DNA from: Felis catus
Taxonomy: Eukaryota
Assembly (NCBI RefSeq): GCF_018350175.1
Contig: NC_058384.1
Span: 34,410,001 to 34,474,000 of the forward strand
Direction of reading: 5' to 3'
DNA length: 64,000 nt
In this document: piece after piece, positions 1-13,093 of the stretch
Layout: each line of letters starts with the position of its first letter
How positions within the stretch are numbered: the first letter of the stretch is position 1
Program-made: the position numbers and the translations under genes
The notes under the pieces: generated by a model
What the model was told of the DNA's origin: nothing
The model's database searches: none
Seen by the model: only the letters and a program-made list of their open reading frames with translations

Positions 1-607
1 TTTCTCAATCCCAGTACGTGTCCGGTACAGTTTGCCAGGGGGCTCTACTCATCATTGTTCTCACTCTGAGACAAAACAGCCACCCTCTGAGAGCGGTGAG
101 TCACATCTCAGCTCTAGGAGCTTCTGTTTGATGTGATCCTTCCACTTCTGTTTAGGCGGGTAAGTATAATCCTACCACGAATCTGGGAAATATTAACGGG
201 CCACACTAATGACTACCAAAGACTGTGGATTCCCCAGCTTCAAAAGGAAGGAAAACAGAGAGGGGAAAGAATGATTCCCTACCAAACTCCACCTAGGGGA
301 CATGGCACTTTGGGTTCACCCCTACTCCTCTGCCCGCCATGCTCACCATTGCCCCCACCCATGGGAAACAAAGGGCTCTGCCGTTGTGATGGTAAGGAAA
401 GAAAGAGCAGAATCTACCAAATTTCTGTTGGAAAACTTAGGGAGTGCAAGAGAGAATGGAGATACATATATGAAATTAGGGAGGGGGCTGGGGAAGGGCT
501 CTAAATCTCTAAACAGGTTTATTTGGGGGAGACTGCAGAGGTGATATCTATCCAATAAATGACTGCCTGTGAAACCCAGTGAAATATCATATATAGTACT
601 AAGAGGA

Positions 608-862
608 NNNNNNNNNNNNNNNNNNNNNNNNNNNNNNNNNNNNNNNNNNNNNNNNNNNNNNNNNNNNNNNNNNNNNNNNNNNNNNNNNNNNNNNNNNNNN
701 NNNNNNNNNNNNNNNNNNNNNNNNNNNNNNNNNNNNNNNNNNNNNNNNNNNNNNNNNNNNNNNNNNNNNNNNNNNNNNNNNNNNNNNNNNNNNNNNNNNN
801 NNNNNNNNNNNNNNNNNNNNNNNNNNNNNNNNNNNNNNNNNNNNNNNNNNNNNNNNNNNNNN
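608..862. other. Assembly gap (255 N)
   Basis: Run of N seen directly. Confidence 0.99.
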
Positions 863-1540
863 TATCATCCAGCATTTGCTAAGAATCTACCCTATTGATC
901 AAATACTGAGTTGAAAAGGTGACTATCACAAAGTCCTTGCCTCAAAAATCTAATTTATTGTAGGCAAACAAGCAAGCAAAGAGAAAACATTAAAAAAGCA
1001 GGAAGATACTGCTATGTCAGAAGCAAGTTAAGAGGTTATAGGCACCCCAGGAATAAGCCCTTGATCTGAAATCTGATCCATGCCAATCAACTATGGATGG
1101 CATTTGAATAGAGGGAATCTCTGAATCTGCCCTAAAAGACAAGTAGAAGGTAGCCACATAAGGAAAAGCAGTTTCAGGAAGAATATTCCAGCGAAGAGGA
1201 GACACGTTTGAAAGGATTCCCAAGTAAGGAAGGAATGGGTGCTATAAGTAGGTCAGTATGGGATTATGATGAGGAGGATCGTAAGAGGTGAGATTGGAAG
1301 TAACAGTCTATAAAGTGTTTTCTTTGGGCTTGCAGAAGACTTCGTATTTCATCCTGAAGTGAGTGAAGGGAATTGTAAGCAAGGAGCCGGCATGGTCAGA
1401 GTCACATTTTAGAACTGTCAGTGTGTCCAAAGTATGAAGAGTGAACTGAAGAAGGGCAAGACTGGAGGCAGGGGTGGGGGGCAGCCAGAGGGCTCTCAGT
1501 CATCCAAGCAAAAAAAATATTGAAGGCATAAACTGCATCT
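863..1540 (-). mobile_element. LINE L2 3' fragment, degraded
   Basis: Resembles reverse-complement L2 3' end (catccagcatttgctaagaatctacc; gaatattccagcgaagagg; ggcatggtcagagtcacattttaga). Confidence 0.65.
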
Positions 1541-4500
1541 GCGGGGGCTGAGGGGAGAGGTGGGCGTCAAAACATCCCAGCCCCAATTAGTTCAGGAAAG
1601 AAGGTATTTGGGAAGGGAGGAAGATGGGACCCGACGTTCATCAGACCAGAGTGGAGACACCATCTTACTCATTTTCTTCCTTGGTCCGTGCTACTCAAAC
1701 AGGCTCACTGAGAATCATGCCACTGACAGGGGAAAGTTGATGAGTGATCATATACCCTGCACCCTATCAACCTCATCCCCCTAGAAGTCAGTTGTACGGC
1801 GTTGAAAGGGTCAATCGGCATCACCCAGAGGTACTTCAAGTAAACGATAGGGATGAACAACTTATGTGGTCAAAAATATCCAGAAGAATCAGTGGACTGT
1901 GCCCATAATAGGCTCTGATACTGAGAGGGTAGGACTTTTAGGGGCATCTTTCTCTCTGTCCCCACAGAGCTTACGAATTGTTTCACGGAACACGGCCATG
2001 GGTCTACATGTTCGTAGAAGACTATGTACAGATAGAGTTATGGCACCATTTCACCAACCATAGCCTGCAAACAATGATATTTGTTGTCTTATACACTGTA
2101 CTAAAATGAAGAGCATGCTCAACCCTGCCTTCTTTCCAAGTCATCCTGAACTCAGCCCATTAATGAGCCCAGAGCAACATTCATGAGGAGGAGCTCACAC
2201 CCGAGGGCCATGGTCACTGCGAGAGTTGCCCAAATCCCACTAGGAGCAACATGGCTACATATGTTCTCCTTCCTCCTGGGATGGAAAGGGAGCTCAGCTG
2301 GTCTGAGGTAGCAAACCTACCTAAACCAACTGAACTTATTATACTGGGCCAGAGGAAAAAGGAAAACAGCCGTACTACTGGAAAGTGGAGAAAAGTGGGA
2401 CCTTCAAGGAAAGTACATTCATCTGGACATAGAGCCCTTATTTTCAACTCCCTGTTTGTTTGGTTTTTGGTTTTGTTTTCAATTTGGGAAAAACAACACC
2501 GAAGGGTGGGATATGAGACAGACAGTCGGTTCTAATAAAATCTAAAGTCTCAACACCCTTTTTTTTCCACTTTCCCAATCTATACTTGTATTTCAGAAAG
2601 AGGTCTATGCTGCTTTCGGAAGAGTCCCTCTGCTTTGTGAATAATTCAGCGACTTCTCAAGTCCCCGGTGACTGGCCACAAGCTCAAGTGCTCAGTGGAG
2701 AGCACAGGCGTCTGAGAGTAGATCATTATGAGTTTCCAACAACGCTCAAGTCCTTGCCAGTCAGCCAAGCTGCCTGTTACACCTACCCCAGGCCCACCCT
2801 GCTCCACCCCTGTGTGGTGTCACTTTGAAATCCTATATGATCAGGCAGGACCCCTTTGCTACACCATTTTCTTTCCTTTTGAAGAAGACGGGCAAGCATG
2901 GGACAAGAATGGCAACTCTAAGCCATGCAAGCCATTCTTCTGCTCAGGACAAATTTTTCGTCTCATCACCTGTTTTAGGGGAAACAGCTAAAAGTACATG
3001 GAGGCTTGTTTTGTGTGGATCTTAAACATACCACTCTGCATGGTCCCAATGTTCCAGTGTGGCCTTTGGCCTGTGCTTGGCACCTAGAGCAAGGGCAAGG
3101 ATTGCCCAACTGGGCACTTGGATCTGGTCTCACAGAAGGAAGGGTTTGAGTGTCTTACCCGGACTGATTTGAAGTAAGTCCCTACAAGTCCCCTCTGCTT
3201 CCAGCCCTAGTCCAAACTATCTCCCCAGTAAGTTCCCAATGATGTCCCAATTCCCTCCATAATAGTAGCATTTTTTTTTTTTGAATAATCACACTGCTTT
3301 CCAATAGTCTTTTGTTAAAATGTGAACCAGCCTGATACAGATTTTGGCTTCAGACTTTCACCAGCCATCAGCCCCTCGGGTTTTTTACCTAAGAAAAGCT
3401 GAGACATATGGAACAGGACACAGAAGGTAGGGTTAGTCAGGTACCGGGTGCCTAGCTCAGGAAAGATGGGATAGGACGGGTCTGATTTTACAACGTCAAA
3501 GGAGCATTAATAGAAAACATAGGTAGGCAAATAAAGGTAAACAACAGCTCCTATATCCCTCGCTTAGCCATTTGTTCCAGGCCAGTCTTGACCATAGGCT
3601 CAGCCTCCACTGGATTTTAGGTGCTGGAGAAATTTCGAGAGAAATGCAGGGCAAATGTTTGTTCTCAAGTGCAGTTGAATCATATTTCTTCCTAACAAAG
3701 TAGAATGTAAAGTGGTGTTTTTATATCAATGTATCAATGTAGAAACATCTCTGTTTTTTTAAGAGGACGTATCAGCAGTTCTGTCAGAATTTCAGTAAAC
3801 GTTAGTTTGTGGGCACTTTGATTTTATCTTCTCTGCCTGCACATCTACCTACCCCCAACTGGGGGAAAAAAAGCTTTTCTGTCTAGTCATTAATGATGTA
3901 TACACAGCCACTTAAGAGAACTGGAGGAATCATTCTTCAAGGAAGCGTTGTTGTTTTTTTTATTCTTTGTAAAACAAATAATTGCCTCCAAGTGTACATG
4001 TCATTTAAGGTATTTTCTACATCGTACCTTCCAGTACCCTTGGTAGAGAAGTAAGATTTCAGGAGAATGTTGCAGTTTTGACTGAATTTAAGGGAGTGTG
4101 TTTAATTGGGAGGTAGGGAAGAAGAGCCTCTTAGAAAGGGAGAGTGCTAAGCTTTGGAACACATCACCAAGAACAATTTGGGGGACTCCTTCTGCAGAGA
4201 TGAACTGACATAGGATGGTCAAGGCTGCAGCCCAGCCCAAAGAGAGGGGGCGCTGTCACACCTGACCCCAGGAGCTCTCTTCCAAGGCTCAAGTGCCATA
4301 ATCCTAAATCCTGGTCCTTCCCCCTTGGGATCCTTCGATAAAGCAGAACATCGTGTCCATTCGGTCCTCCCGACGTGCTGAGAAATCTAATGAGATAAAA
4401 GCCCAGGTTGGCGTAAGAAGTAAATCAGAGGAGTCCGTCTCCACAAATTCTGAACAGGGCCCATCTTGATAAATAAAGTGTGACAGTCATAACAAACAAA

Positions 4501-5112
4501 CCAAAAAGCAGATAAAGGATGAGGGCCCTCAGCATTAATGCTGGAAAACCTTTGGCGATAAATAAGTAATATTATAATAAAAGATATTGTAATACCTTGT
4601 CATTTGTAGGGAGAAATGTAATATAGTCTGGGGAGGAAGATAGATGGCTCAGGTTGTTTCTCTGACAGTGGAAGTAATAGCTATTGAATGTTATGTTTAG
4701 CATATCATAAAATCAGCGTTAGCAGGCAAGAAAGCCCTCCAGCCTTCCTGAAGTCCACATGCAGGCTTTTGACACCAGCAAGAAAAAGGCCTGGAAGGAA
4801 GCTGACCTGGGATGGATGGCCTCAATCCAAACCAAATCGGAAGAGACAGAGCTTCCCTTTGGCCCTCAGCCTGGAGTGGAGATGAACTTGAGGGTGACTG
4901 GAGAATATCTTTCTTCAGCCCCCGCTTTACTTGCCATCCTCAAGGGGCTCCTGGCGGTTGTAGGAGCCGAGCTATAAAACTTGAATTTATGGAGCATGGG
5001 AAACTCTTTTGAGGATGATGATGGCCAATTGTCTTTTCACATTGGGTAGTCAAGGACAAATTCAGGTTTCCTTTAGAGGTGCAGAAAATCCTCCCTCTTC
5101 TCACTCCCCAAA

Positions 5113-5145
5113 ATCATCATTGCCATCGTCATCATCATCATCATC
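5113..5145. repeat. Imperfect (TCA)n microsatellite
   Basis: atcatcattgccatcgtcatcatcatcatcatc. Confidence 0.85.
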
Positions 5146-6312
5146 TGCCCATGGCTGTCTTACATTGTCTGAAACGCCCCCATTATTTATTGTGTAAGTT
5201 CTATCCCACCCCACCCCCAAAGGAGAAGAGCGAGCCATGCGGATCTGAGAAACAATAGAGCCTGACCTCCCCGTACCTACTGACTTGAGCTGTGCAGCCT
5301 TGCTTGCTGTAGGGACAGGAAGGTTAGTAGGCAGAAATAATTCAACCAAGTGCTCACACAGGAGGGGGTCTTCACTTGTGCCAAATGCACGCAAAAAGAC
5401 CACTATTTTATTTATTTTCTTTTTAGTGTATTATTTGCCAGGAGAGCCCACTGACAAAACGTCCTGGGCAAAATGTCATTTTCAAAGATACAAAAAAATT
5501 TTTTTTTTTAATAACGGACTAAGGCCAAGAGAAGTTTACCCACATCCAAATGGAATGTTATGCTGAGGCAGACTGTGAGAAGGATCTGAGAAATGATCGG
5601 GAAAGGTCTCAGCCTCTGCTTCCTAGGAACCGTAACAGTGGGACTAGAATTTGAGCACTGCCACCTTGGGGCTCTGCAGCCTGGAATAGGGATGTTGGAC
5701 TCTCATGCAAAGGGGCTCAGAAGAATGGAAGAGGATGACTGGAGGGAAAGTTATTATTTCCTGAAAGGACCCCACTTGCCACAAAGCTTTCTCCCTTTCT
5801 GTCTGATCCTCAAGATGGAAATGCCATAGAAACCTCTGGCTCTCTCCCTCTCCCTCCACCATCGATCTCAGAGATGTACAGACGTCCTTTGCTCCCAAAG
5901 GATACTAGGAATGACCACCTGTCCCTGTTGTTATATAGATAAAGAAAAAATGTCTTCCCAAAGGAGCTCTGGGTAGAGTTGCCGAGCAGGAGGTGAGTGG
6001 GTGCTTGGGGAAGGATCCACTGACCAATGGAGGCAGGCTGACCACTCCTCTCCTTCCTTGGGTCCTCGTTCATTAATCTTATAAAGAATAGAGATAGACA
6101 TTGAGAATCTTCTCTGCAGAGGGTTCTGTGTTAGGTGTTCTGTGGACTATACAGGCAACTCCTTTCCTGCTCTCAAGGAAGTAAAGAGCTACACTCGCTT
6201 GAAAATAAGCACACGAGCAGGCGGTATAGCTTTGTTTTCCCACAAGATCAGAGAACTTAGCTCTGTTGCCCATGGCCAGTTTCCATTCAATGTAATGAAC
6301 AGGCACCGGAAA

Positions 6313-6684
6313 GGCAGCTTGGAATAGTGGTTAAGAACATGAGCTTTGACAGCATCCGGGTGGCTCAGTCAGTTGAGCGTCCGACTTTGGCTCAGGCCAT
6401 GATCTCACAGTTCGTGAGTTCAAGCCCCACATTGAGCTCACTGCTGTCAGCTTGGATCCCCTAACTAAAGAGTGTGAGCTTTGACATCTTAGGTACTTGA
6501 CTCTGCATCCTACTTTGACTACATACCGTCCTGTGATTCTTAGCAAGTTCTCTTAAGTTCTCCGAGCACTTGATTTCAATACGTAAAAAATAGACAATCA
6601 TTGTTACTACTTCATGGAATAATTTAATGAGTTAATGGATGCAAAGCATTGAGCACAGCATATAGTAAATGCTCAACAAGTGTT
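6313..6684 (+). mobile_element. MIR SINE interrupted by a Can-SINE
   Basis: MIR-like start (tagtggttaagaacatgagctttg), core (tgtgattcttagcaagtt) and end (atagtaaatgctcaacaagtgtt). Confidence 0.7.
6352..6467 (+). mobile_element. Can-SINE head lacking CT/poly-A tail
   Basis: A box tggctcagtcagtt, B box gagttcaagcc; flanked by repeated tgagctttgaca (6340-6351, 6475-6486). Confidence 0.85.
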
Positions 6685-6910
6685 CGCCGAAAGGAAGTTG
6701 AAGATGTGTCAGATACTAGGCTTGAAGCTGGCTACCCGGATGGCTAACGTGTTGGTCTCCAGGAGGTTAGAGTCTAATAACTCAGAGTCAAGTACCTGTA
6801 GCAAGATGGCAAAAACACATACTGAGCGGCCTGTTTTTGTTAAAATGTTAGAAATGAAATAACTTCCTTTTTCAGGTTTTTCCTTTAGGAAGATTTTTGA
6901 GACTGGGAGA

Positions 6911-7136
6911 TTTATTTATTTATTTATTTTTTTCAACGTTTATTTATTTTTGGGACAGAGAGAGACAGAGCATGAACGGGGGAGGGGCAGAGAGAGAGGG
7001 AGACACAGAATCGGAAACAGGCTCCAGGCTCCGAGCCATCAGCCCAGAGCCCGACGCGGGGCTCGAACTCACGGACCACGAGATCGTGACCTGGCTGAAG
7101 TCGGACGCTTAACCGACTGCGCCACCCAGGCGCCCC
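6911..7136 (-). mobile_element. Young felid Can-SINE (SINEC_Fc type)
   Basis: Full length, CpGs retained; TSD agactgggagattta at 6900-6914 and 7138-7152. Confidence 0.97.
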
Positions 7137-7354
7137 AAGACTGGGAGATTTAATCTTTCAAGTGTACAAATGAGGTCATTGGATTTCATGAAAGGTCCCC
7201 AGATAGAGAAGCAGAGCCTACAGTTCTCAACCATCCCACCCCAGTTGCACCTAAGGCTAAGTATACGACTTGTGGAGGTTAATTATTTAATTGATAAAAA
7301 TATTTATTAAGTGCCTGTGAGTCAGGCACCGCGGTGGGTGCTGGCCAAAGAGCA

Positions 7355-7753
7355 GTTATGACATAATTGTTAGCGTTCACCAATATCCATGCTCTCCTTT
7401 GCTTCCTAGGCACACAGTGGGGCTACATTTTCCTGTCTCCCCTGCGACTAGGTGAGATCATGTGACTTGAGTTCCAGCCAACGAATTGGGAGCAGAAGGG
7501 AGGTGCTCCATTTTCAGGTCTGACTCCTAGAAACCTGCCACCAATGATCGCTTTCCCATTCCACATCCACCAGCTAAACTGGATGCTCTTCAGAGACCCA
7601 GAGGAAGATGTAGCCACGGATGGACACTTGTGTCCTTGAACCCTAGGCCCGTGTTGGACTCTGAAATGAATAAGAAATAGACTTTGGTGCTAAGTCACTG
7701 AGATTTGGAGGTTTATCTGTTACAGCAATTAGGACTATTTTCCATATTAATCC
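7355..7753 (+). mobile_element. MaLR solo LTR, MLT1J/MLT1I-like
   Basis: catgtgacttgagttccagccaa and aagtcactgagatttggaggtttatctgttacagca are typical of old MLT1. Confidence 0.7.
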
Positions 7754-7968
7754 AGCAATGCACAAGATTAACTTGTCCCTGGCCTTCTGGAACTGGCAGA
7801 CTCTTAAAAACGAAAAATTAAATAAGTAATTATAATGGACGATCATGAACGTTAGGGCAGTGAAAAGACAGAGAAATGAGACCAGGAAGTAGGATGACCT
7901 AAGCTAATCCAGGAGTTAGAGAAATCCTGTCAGAAGAGGCACCATTGACAGTGAGACTTGAAAGGCGG

Positions 7969-8362
7969 TATATTCATCAGTTAGGGCTGTCATAACAAAG
8001 TACCACTCGCTGGGTAGCTTAAACAACAGAAATTTCTTTCTTTATAGTTCTTGAGCTAGAAGTCCCAACCAGGGTGTTAGTACGGTTGGTTTAATTCTGA
8101 GGTCTCTCTCCTGGGCTTGCAGACGGCCGCCTCCTTTCTGCGTCCTCGCCTGATCTTTTCTTCCATGTGTATATACGTCTGTGTCCTAGTCCCCTCTTCT
8201 TATAAGGACACCAGTCATATTGGATTAGGGCCTGCCTGTATGACCTCATTTTACCAGAATTATCTCTTTAAAGACCCTGTCTCCAAATATGGTCATATTG
8301 TGAGGTTCTGGGTTAGGACTTGAACATTAGAATTTGGGGGCTATACTACACAGCCCATAACA
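7969..8362 (-). mobile_element. MaLR solo LTR, MLT1B-like
   Basis: About 390 bp; cttcttataaggacaccagtcatattggattagggcc; ends cagcccataaca (TGTTATGG on minus strand); degenerate 5-bp TSD ggcgg/gatgg. Confidence 0.9.
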
Positions 8363-9176
8363 GATGGGTAAGAGTTGGCCAGGTGAAGGATTAGGGTGAC
8401 TTCAGGTTCTCTATCTGGCCCCACGATGAGAGATGTCACAGGAAAGAAGAATGAGAAAGAGGTTCAAATTTCTAAAGGGCAAGGTGCTAAAGCTATTCAA
8501 GGGATGCTTCAGATCACAACCTGGCAGCGGCCTTTTGATTGCAGATTTAGAACTTAAGATATTAAAAAGAAAATTATGGACGGTAGGAAATTAGCAGCAT
8601 ACCTTGACTCTCTGGAAATGGAAGAAGATTGACTACAGCTGTGGTTAGTGGTCCCGGAGCCTGCATGGAGCTCCTGTGCTTTCTAACAAATCCCAAGAGG
8701 GTCTTTCAAAGTAAAGATTGGACCCAGAAGTCAGATCACAAGAACGATAGCTACCTGGCCATGTGCAGAGACTGAAGATCAATGGGTGAAAAATCAATCT
8801 GAATAAATGATCTATTAATACATACAACAGGTTCCCAGCAATTAATCTCCAGGAGGATGACAGCCCGCCAGTTACAGTGAACTGCTGATGGTGATTGACA
8901 TAATGGGATCGTCTGCAGCTGCCAGGCTGCTGAGTTAGTGATATTCACATTTATTTCCTGCTTGGATGGAGTGGTTTCTGGGACAGCGCTGGAGTTTGGG
9001 ACTGAAAACATACTGCTCAGGAAGCCCAAATTGCTTCCAAAGAAGGTGTACATGAGCATACCCAGGACCAATGTCCGGTCTACTAGCAGAAAAGAGAGGA
9101 GCCTTCTTCTCTCCCAAGTGACTAGCTACACCTTTGCAATATGGAACTTGGTAGAGAAATTTAGAGAGACCTGCTT

Positions 9177-9295
9177 GGGGGGTACCTGGCTGGCACAGTG
9201 AGAGGAGCATGCAACTCTTGATCTTGAGGTTGTGAGTTTGCGCCCCACTTTAGGTGTAGAGATTACTTTAAAATAAAATATTAAAAAGAAAATAA
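9177..9295 (+). mobile_element. Short old Can-SINE (tRNA-Lys-derived)
   Basis: tRNA-like head plus A-rich tail; TSD agagacctgctt at 9165-9176 and 9296-9307. Confidence 0.9.
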
Positions 9296-9490
9296 AGAGA
9301 CCTGCTTAGAAACCAGGAAAATTAGCATGTTTGACAGCTGCCATTGTGAAAGGAGAGAACTGCATATCCATGAGACATAGGTACTTTAAAGTATTATTTT
9401 TTCCTTTAGTTCTTCAGAAGAATACAATGAGACAACCTTGTCCTCCCAAAATACATAACTCCACACTTTCGGTCTTCTAAATCTAGAATT

Positions 9491-9710
9491 AAAAAAAAAA
9501 AAATTTGGTGTTTATTTATTATTGAGAGACAGAGAGAGACAGAGCATGAGCATGGGAGGGGCAGAGAGAGGGGAGACACAGAATCCGAAGCAGGCTCCAG
9601 GCTCCGAGCTGTCAGCACAGAGCCCTAGGCGGGGCTCGAACCCACAAACCGCGAGATCATGACCTGAGCTGAGGTTGGACGCCTGACCGACTGAGCCACC
9701 CGGGCGCCCC
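9491..9710 (-). mobile_element. Felid Can-SINE
   Basis: Full length; TSD taaatctagaatt at 9478-9490 and 9711-9723. Confidence 0.96.
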
Positions 9711-9824
9711 TAAATCTAGAATTTTTAATGTCTGCCCGGTAAATCCCAATTCAATCTTCAAAGTCCATCTTATCACCTCATAACCTCCTCTAAAAGATCT
9801 TTTCCAGATACTTCATGCTACTCC

Positions 9825-10595
9825 CAAAACCTATCCCAAATCCACCCACCTTTCTCCATGTCTACACCCCACCAGTACTCTTTCGAGATCCTCCTACCTG
9901 CTCTCCATTTTACAGCCTTACCCTCTACATTCTGATCTCCATACAACAGCCTGAATGACGCGTTTCAAATATATATCCATGCATATTAGAGTTTGGGAGT
10001 TTGAACTCAGAACAAAACTCAGGCTAACACTTACCGTGGCCCACGTGGCCCTACATGAGCTGACTCCTATCCCTTTATCTCTTGCCAGACTCTCCTGAGC
10101 TCCTGCTGCACCAAGACGGGGTCAGATCTGTCCATTCCATGGAGCCTTACATTTGCTGTCCTACCTCTCAATAACCCTCTTATCCCCACCCCCACAGATC
10201 AGACCTTCCCATAATTGGTTCTCCATCGCTTATAATTCAGCTCCTCAAGGAGGTCTGTTTAGACCAACCCACAAGTAGTAGCTCCCACTCTCCCACCCCC
10301 CCCCCCCCCGTCACTACTACACCATCCTGTTTATACACATCACAGCACTCATCACTCTCTGGAATTCACACGTTACATACACACACATACATTATAGAGA
10401 AATATACTATATGCTTTTCAGTTGTTCATTACGTGTATTTCCTCCCCGGAAGGTACGCGCCGTAAATATAGAAAGCTGAGGGGTGGCTCAGTTGGCGATG
10501 CGTCCAACTCTTGATCTCAATTCGGGTCTCAATCTCAGGGTCGTGAGTCCAAGCCCTGTGTTGGGATCTGTGCTGGATGTGAAGCCTACCGAAAA

Positions 10596-10626
<31 letters not shown>

Positions 10627-10810
10627 CCAAAAAGGCTGGAAAGCTTAATGAGAGGGCTGCGAGAAAGCAAAGTGAGGCACAGTGGAGCTTGCTCTTCCTT
10701 TAAAGGAAAGAAGCCACTCTTGGTTCTGGTATTATTTGCACCCCCTAGCTTGCAGGAGAGTACAACGCATGTAGCAAATGTTTAAGTATTTGCAGCATAA
10801 ATGAATGAAC
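9825..10810 (+). mobile_element. LINE L2 3' fragment
   Basis: L2-like pyrimidine-rich body (ctccatacaacagcc; cttaccgtggcccacgtggccctacatga) ending aaatgaatgaa; contains a C14 run at 10296-10309. Confidence 0.7.
10479..10632 (+). mobile_element. Older short Can-SINE with (TAAA)n tail
   Basis: gggtggctcagttgg head; (TAAA)n at 10594-10626. Confidence 0.88.
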
Positions 10811-11007
10811 GGCATAATCAATCGTTCACTCCTTTGAACTTCCATAGTATCCTATTCCCATCTCTATAAAGACATTCACCACGTTGTAGAGTAGGCATCT
10901 GTCAGAATCTCTTTCTCTCATCCTTGATGAGGAGCTCCCGAAAGAGAGGATCATGCATCGTGAAATGACATGAGCTAAAGCAGAGAATGCTGTATTCTCT
11001 GTGTAGT

Positions 11008-11178
11008 CCGTGCTTCTCAGACTTTCATGGGTGCACGAATCGCCTAGGGAATCTTGTTCCAATGCAGTTCCTGATGCATATCGGAATCAGAGGGGGGGGA
11101 CTCAAGAGTTTGCATTTCTAGCAGGCTTCTAAAGGAAGTCAATGCTGCTGGTACTTGGCATATTTTGAGTCGAGAGGC
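11008..11178 (-). mobile_element. MER5A1-like hAT-Charlie MITE
   Basis: gtgcttctcagactt...gaatcgcctagggaatcttgtt...tgcatttctagcagg...atgctgctggt...ttttgagt. Confidence 0.8.
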
Positions 11179-12095
11179 ATCCAGTGAGTGGATGCTCTAC
11201 AACATTGGTTTTCTCTCCCCTTTGTATCTGCTACAGAGCCTTTCACGGTATCTGGATATAAAATACATGTGAAGTGAGTATACATATAAAATGCATGTGA
11301 AGATGCCCATGACCTGGCATCGTGGGGGTGATGGGCAGAACCAAGGGAGGAGGGCCCTTCTGCCTTCCTTCCAAGAAGCCTGAAAACCACGGACTGCACT
11401 GGCTTCAGCTTCTGCTCCAGATTAGCTCAGAAACAGTTCCCCTTGAGAGGATAGGACCTTAATTCACAGCCCGTCTGACAGAGCTGGCGTTTGTCGGGAC
11501 TCTTCACACAGAAGCGCGCGCCGTGCGCTTGGACCACGGAATCTGCTCAAGAGGAACCCGTGTCTGACTAGCAGGTAGCTGAGCGCAAAGAACGGCCCAG
11601 GAGACAGACGTGCACTGTTTCCCCAGCAGCGACATGGGAGAGAACATGGAACACACAGAAGAAGCATATGTTGCCAGAAACCTGACCCAACTTGGAAACT
11701 TTTTCCAAACTCTTGCCTTTCATCATGATTTCCACCCGTGTGGGTCCTGAAAACCAGGGGGTGTTGCCTGGGTCCTTCCAATCAGTCATTTCGGGTGGCT
11801 TGGGGCCAAGCTCGCAGGGGAGGCTCGGGAGCTAACCAGGTTCCAGACTCCCAAGAATGGTACAGTCCCCTGTTATCCAGACAACTCTAGGCACTTAGGA
11901 AATCTGAAAGATCCAAAGCATTGGCTTTAAAGAGAGGGTTCCCCAGCTGTTTTGCACCTTTGCTGTGAGCAGAAGGGAAAGACAAGTGCAAGGTGTCCAA
12001 GGTACATCTCGGTCAGATAGGCAGACACACTTTCCGGCCGTGAATACGGTCAGATCTGGAAGTGCAAGCTCCTACTCAGCTGCTCTGACCGACAG

Positions 12096-12188
12096 CTTGC
12101 TACTGGGTATGTGGTCCAGAAACAGCCGCGGCACCTGCAACAGTGTTGAAAATGCAGGATCCCGGGCAGCCCTCCCACACCCAACTGG
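12096..12188 (+). mobile_element. MER5A1-like fragment
   Basis: cttgctactgggtatgtggtcca...gttgaaaatgcaggatc. Confidence 0.55.
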
Positions 12189-13093
12189 GCCTCGGACTGG
12201 GGTCATGCTACAATCGTGGCCAAGGGCAAGGAGATGGACTGATGAGGAACCAACTTCCCCGGGAGTTTCTGGCTAAAACCCTATCTCCCGCCGCCCCGAT
12301 GAAGGCTCCCCGATTATTGTGAGCAGAACCGGCATTCCCGCTTTATCCCAAGGACGTAGCAGAATTTAATCCTCAGGCCCAGAAACCAGCCGAGTGAGAT
12401 AAGCTCAGATTTTCTCCATGGGTGAAAAATAGAACCAAGGGTGGCTTCTCTCCTTTTGGGAAAGAGCAGGACCCACTGTGTCCTGCCTTGCTTTCTTACA
12501 ACCACCTCACGCAGCTCTGTGTTCCCTACACCATCCTTCTTCTTCCTCCTCCTTCCTCGACTCGGGAAAGTCGCTGGCAAAGAAACCTGGCTGATCGGGG
12601 CGAAGGGTCTCTGTGCCTCTGAAGGTTTGCTCAAGTGGCTCAGACCGGGAGGGAGTCCTCTCTGTCTCTGCCTCTCCAGATGGCTTTTAGATTCTGATAC
12701 ATCCATGCCATGCACCCACCCCCTTCCCCCCCCTTCCCCCTCCTCCCCACTGCCCTTCAGACTGAGGCTTTGCCACAGCTCTGGGCGGCCGTGGGCACAC
12801 TCTTCTGTCCCTGTGAGTGCTCACCTTCCCGACCACTCTCTGATTTTAACCCCTCTCTTGCCTGGCTGAACACCCCGCCTCCTCTCCTCAGGGAACCAGA
12901 AATGGCAGATGGCAGCTTGGTATTTGAGACATCTTCACAGGTGACTGAGCATGCCCCAATCTGGAAACAGTCCCACTGGCCGCCTCTTTGTGGACTGAAA
13001 ATATGTACCCCTAGAGGCTATGTGGTGTAATAAGAACCTATCTGGCTGGAGTTCAAACCCCAGCACTGCTATTTAAAATTTGTGTGACCTTGA

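Larger units (their letters stand above)
7283..8395 (-). mobile_element. LINE L2 3' fragment split by two MaLR LTRs
   Basis: aaatatttattaagtgcctg (L2 3' end, reverse); L2-like gtgagacttgaaaggcgg...gatgggtaagagttggccaggtgaagg rejoins across the MLT1B. Confidence 0.6.

Noticed and set aside
519-898. ORFs spanning the N gap
   Set aside because: Artefacts of translating N.
6950-7153. Near-identical ORFs at 6950 and 22543 suggesting a gene duplicate
   Set aside because: Both are antisense translations of the same SINE subfamily.
9177-9260. tRNA-like sequence with A/B boxes
   Set aside because: Head of a tRNA-derived SINE with A tail and TSD, not a tRNA gene.
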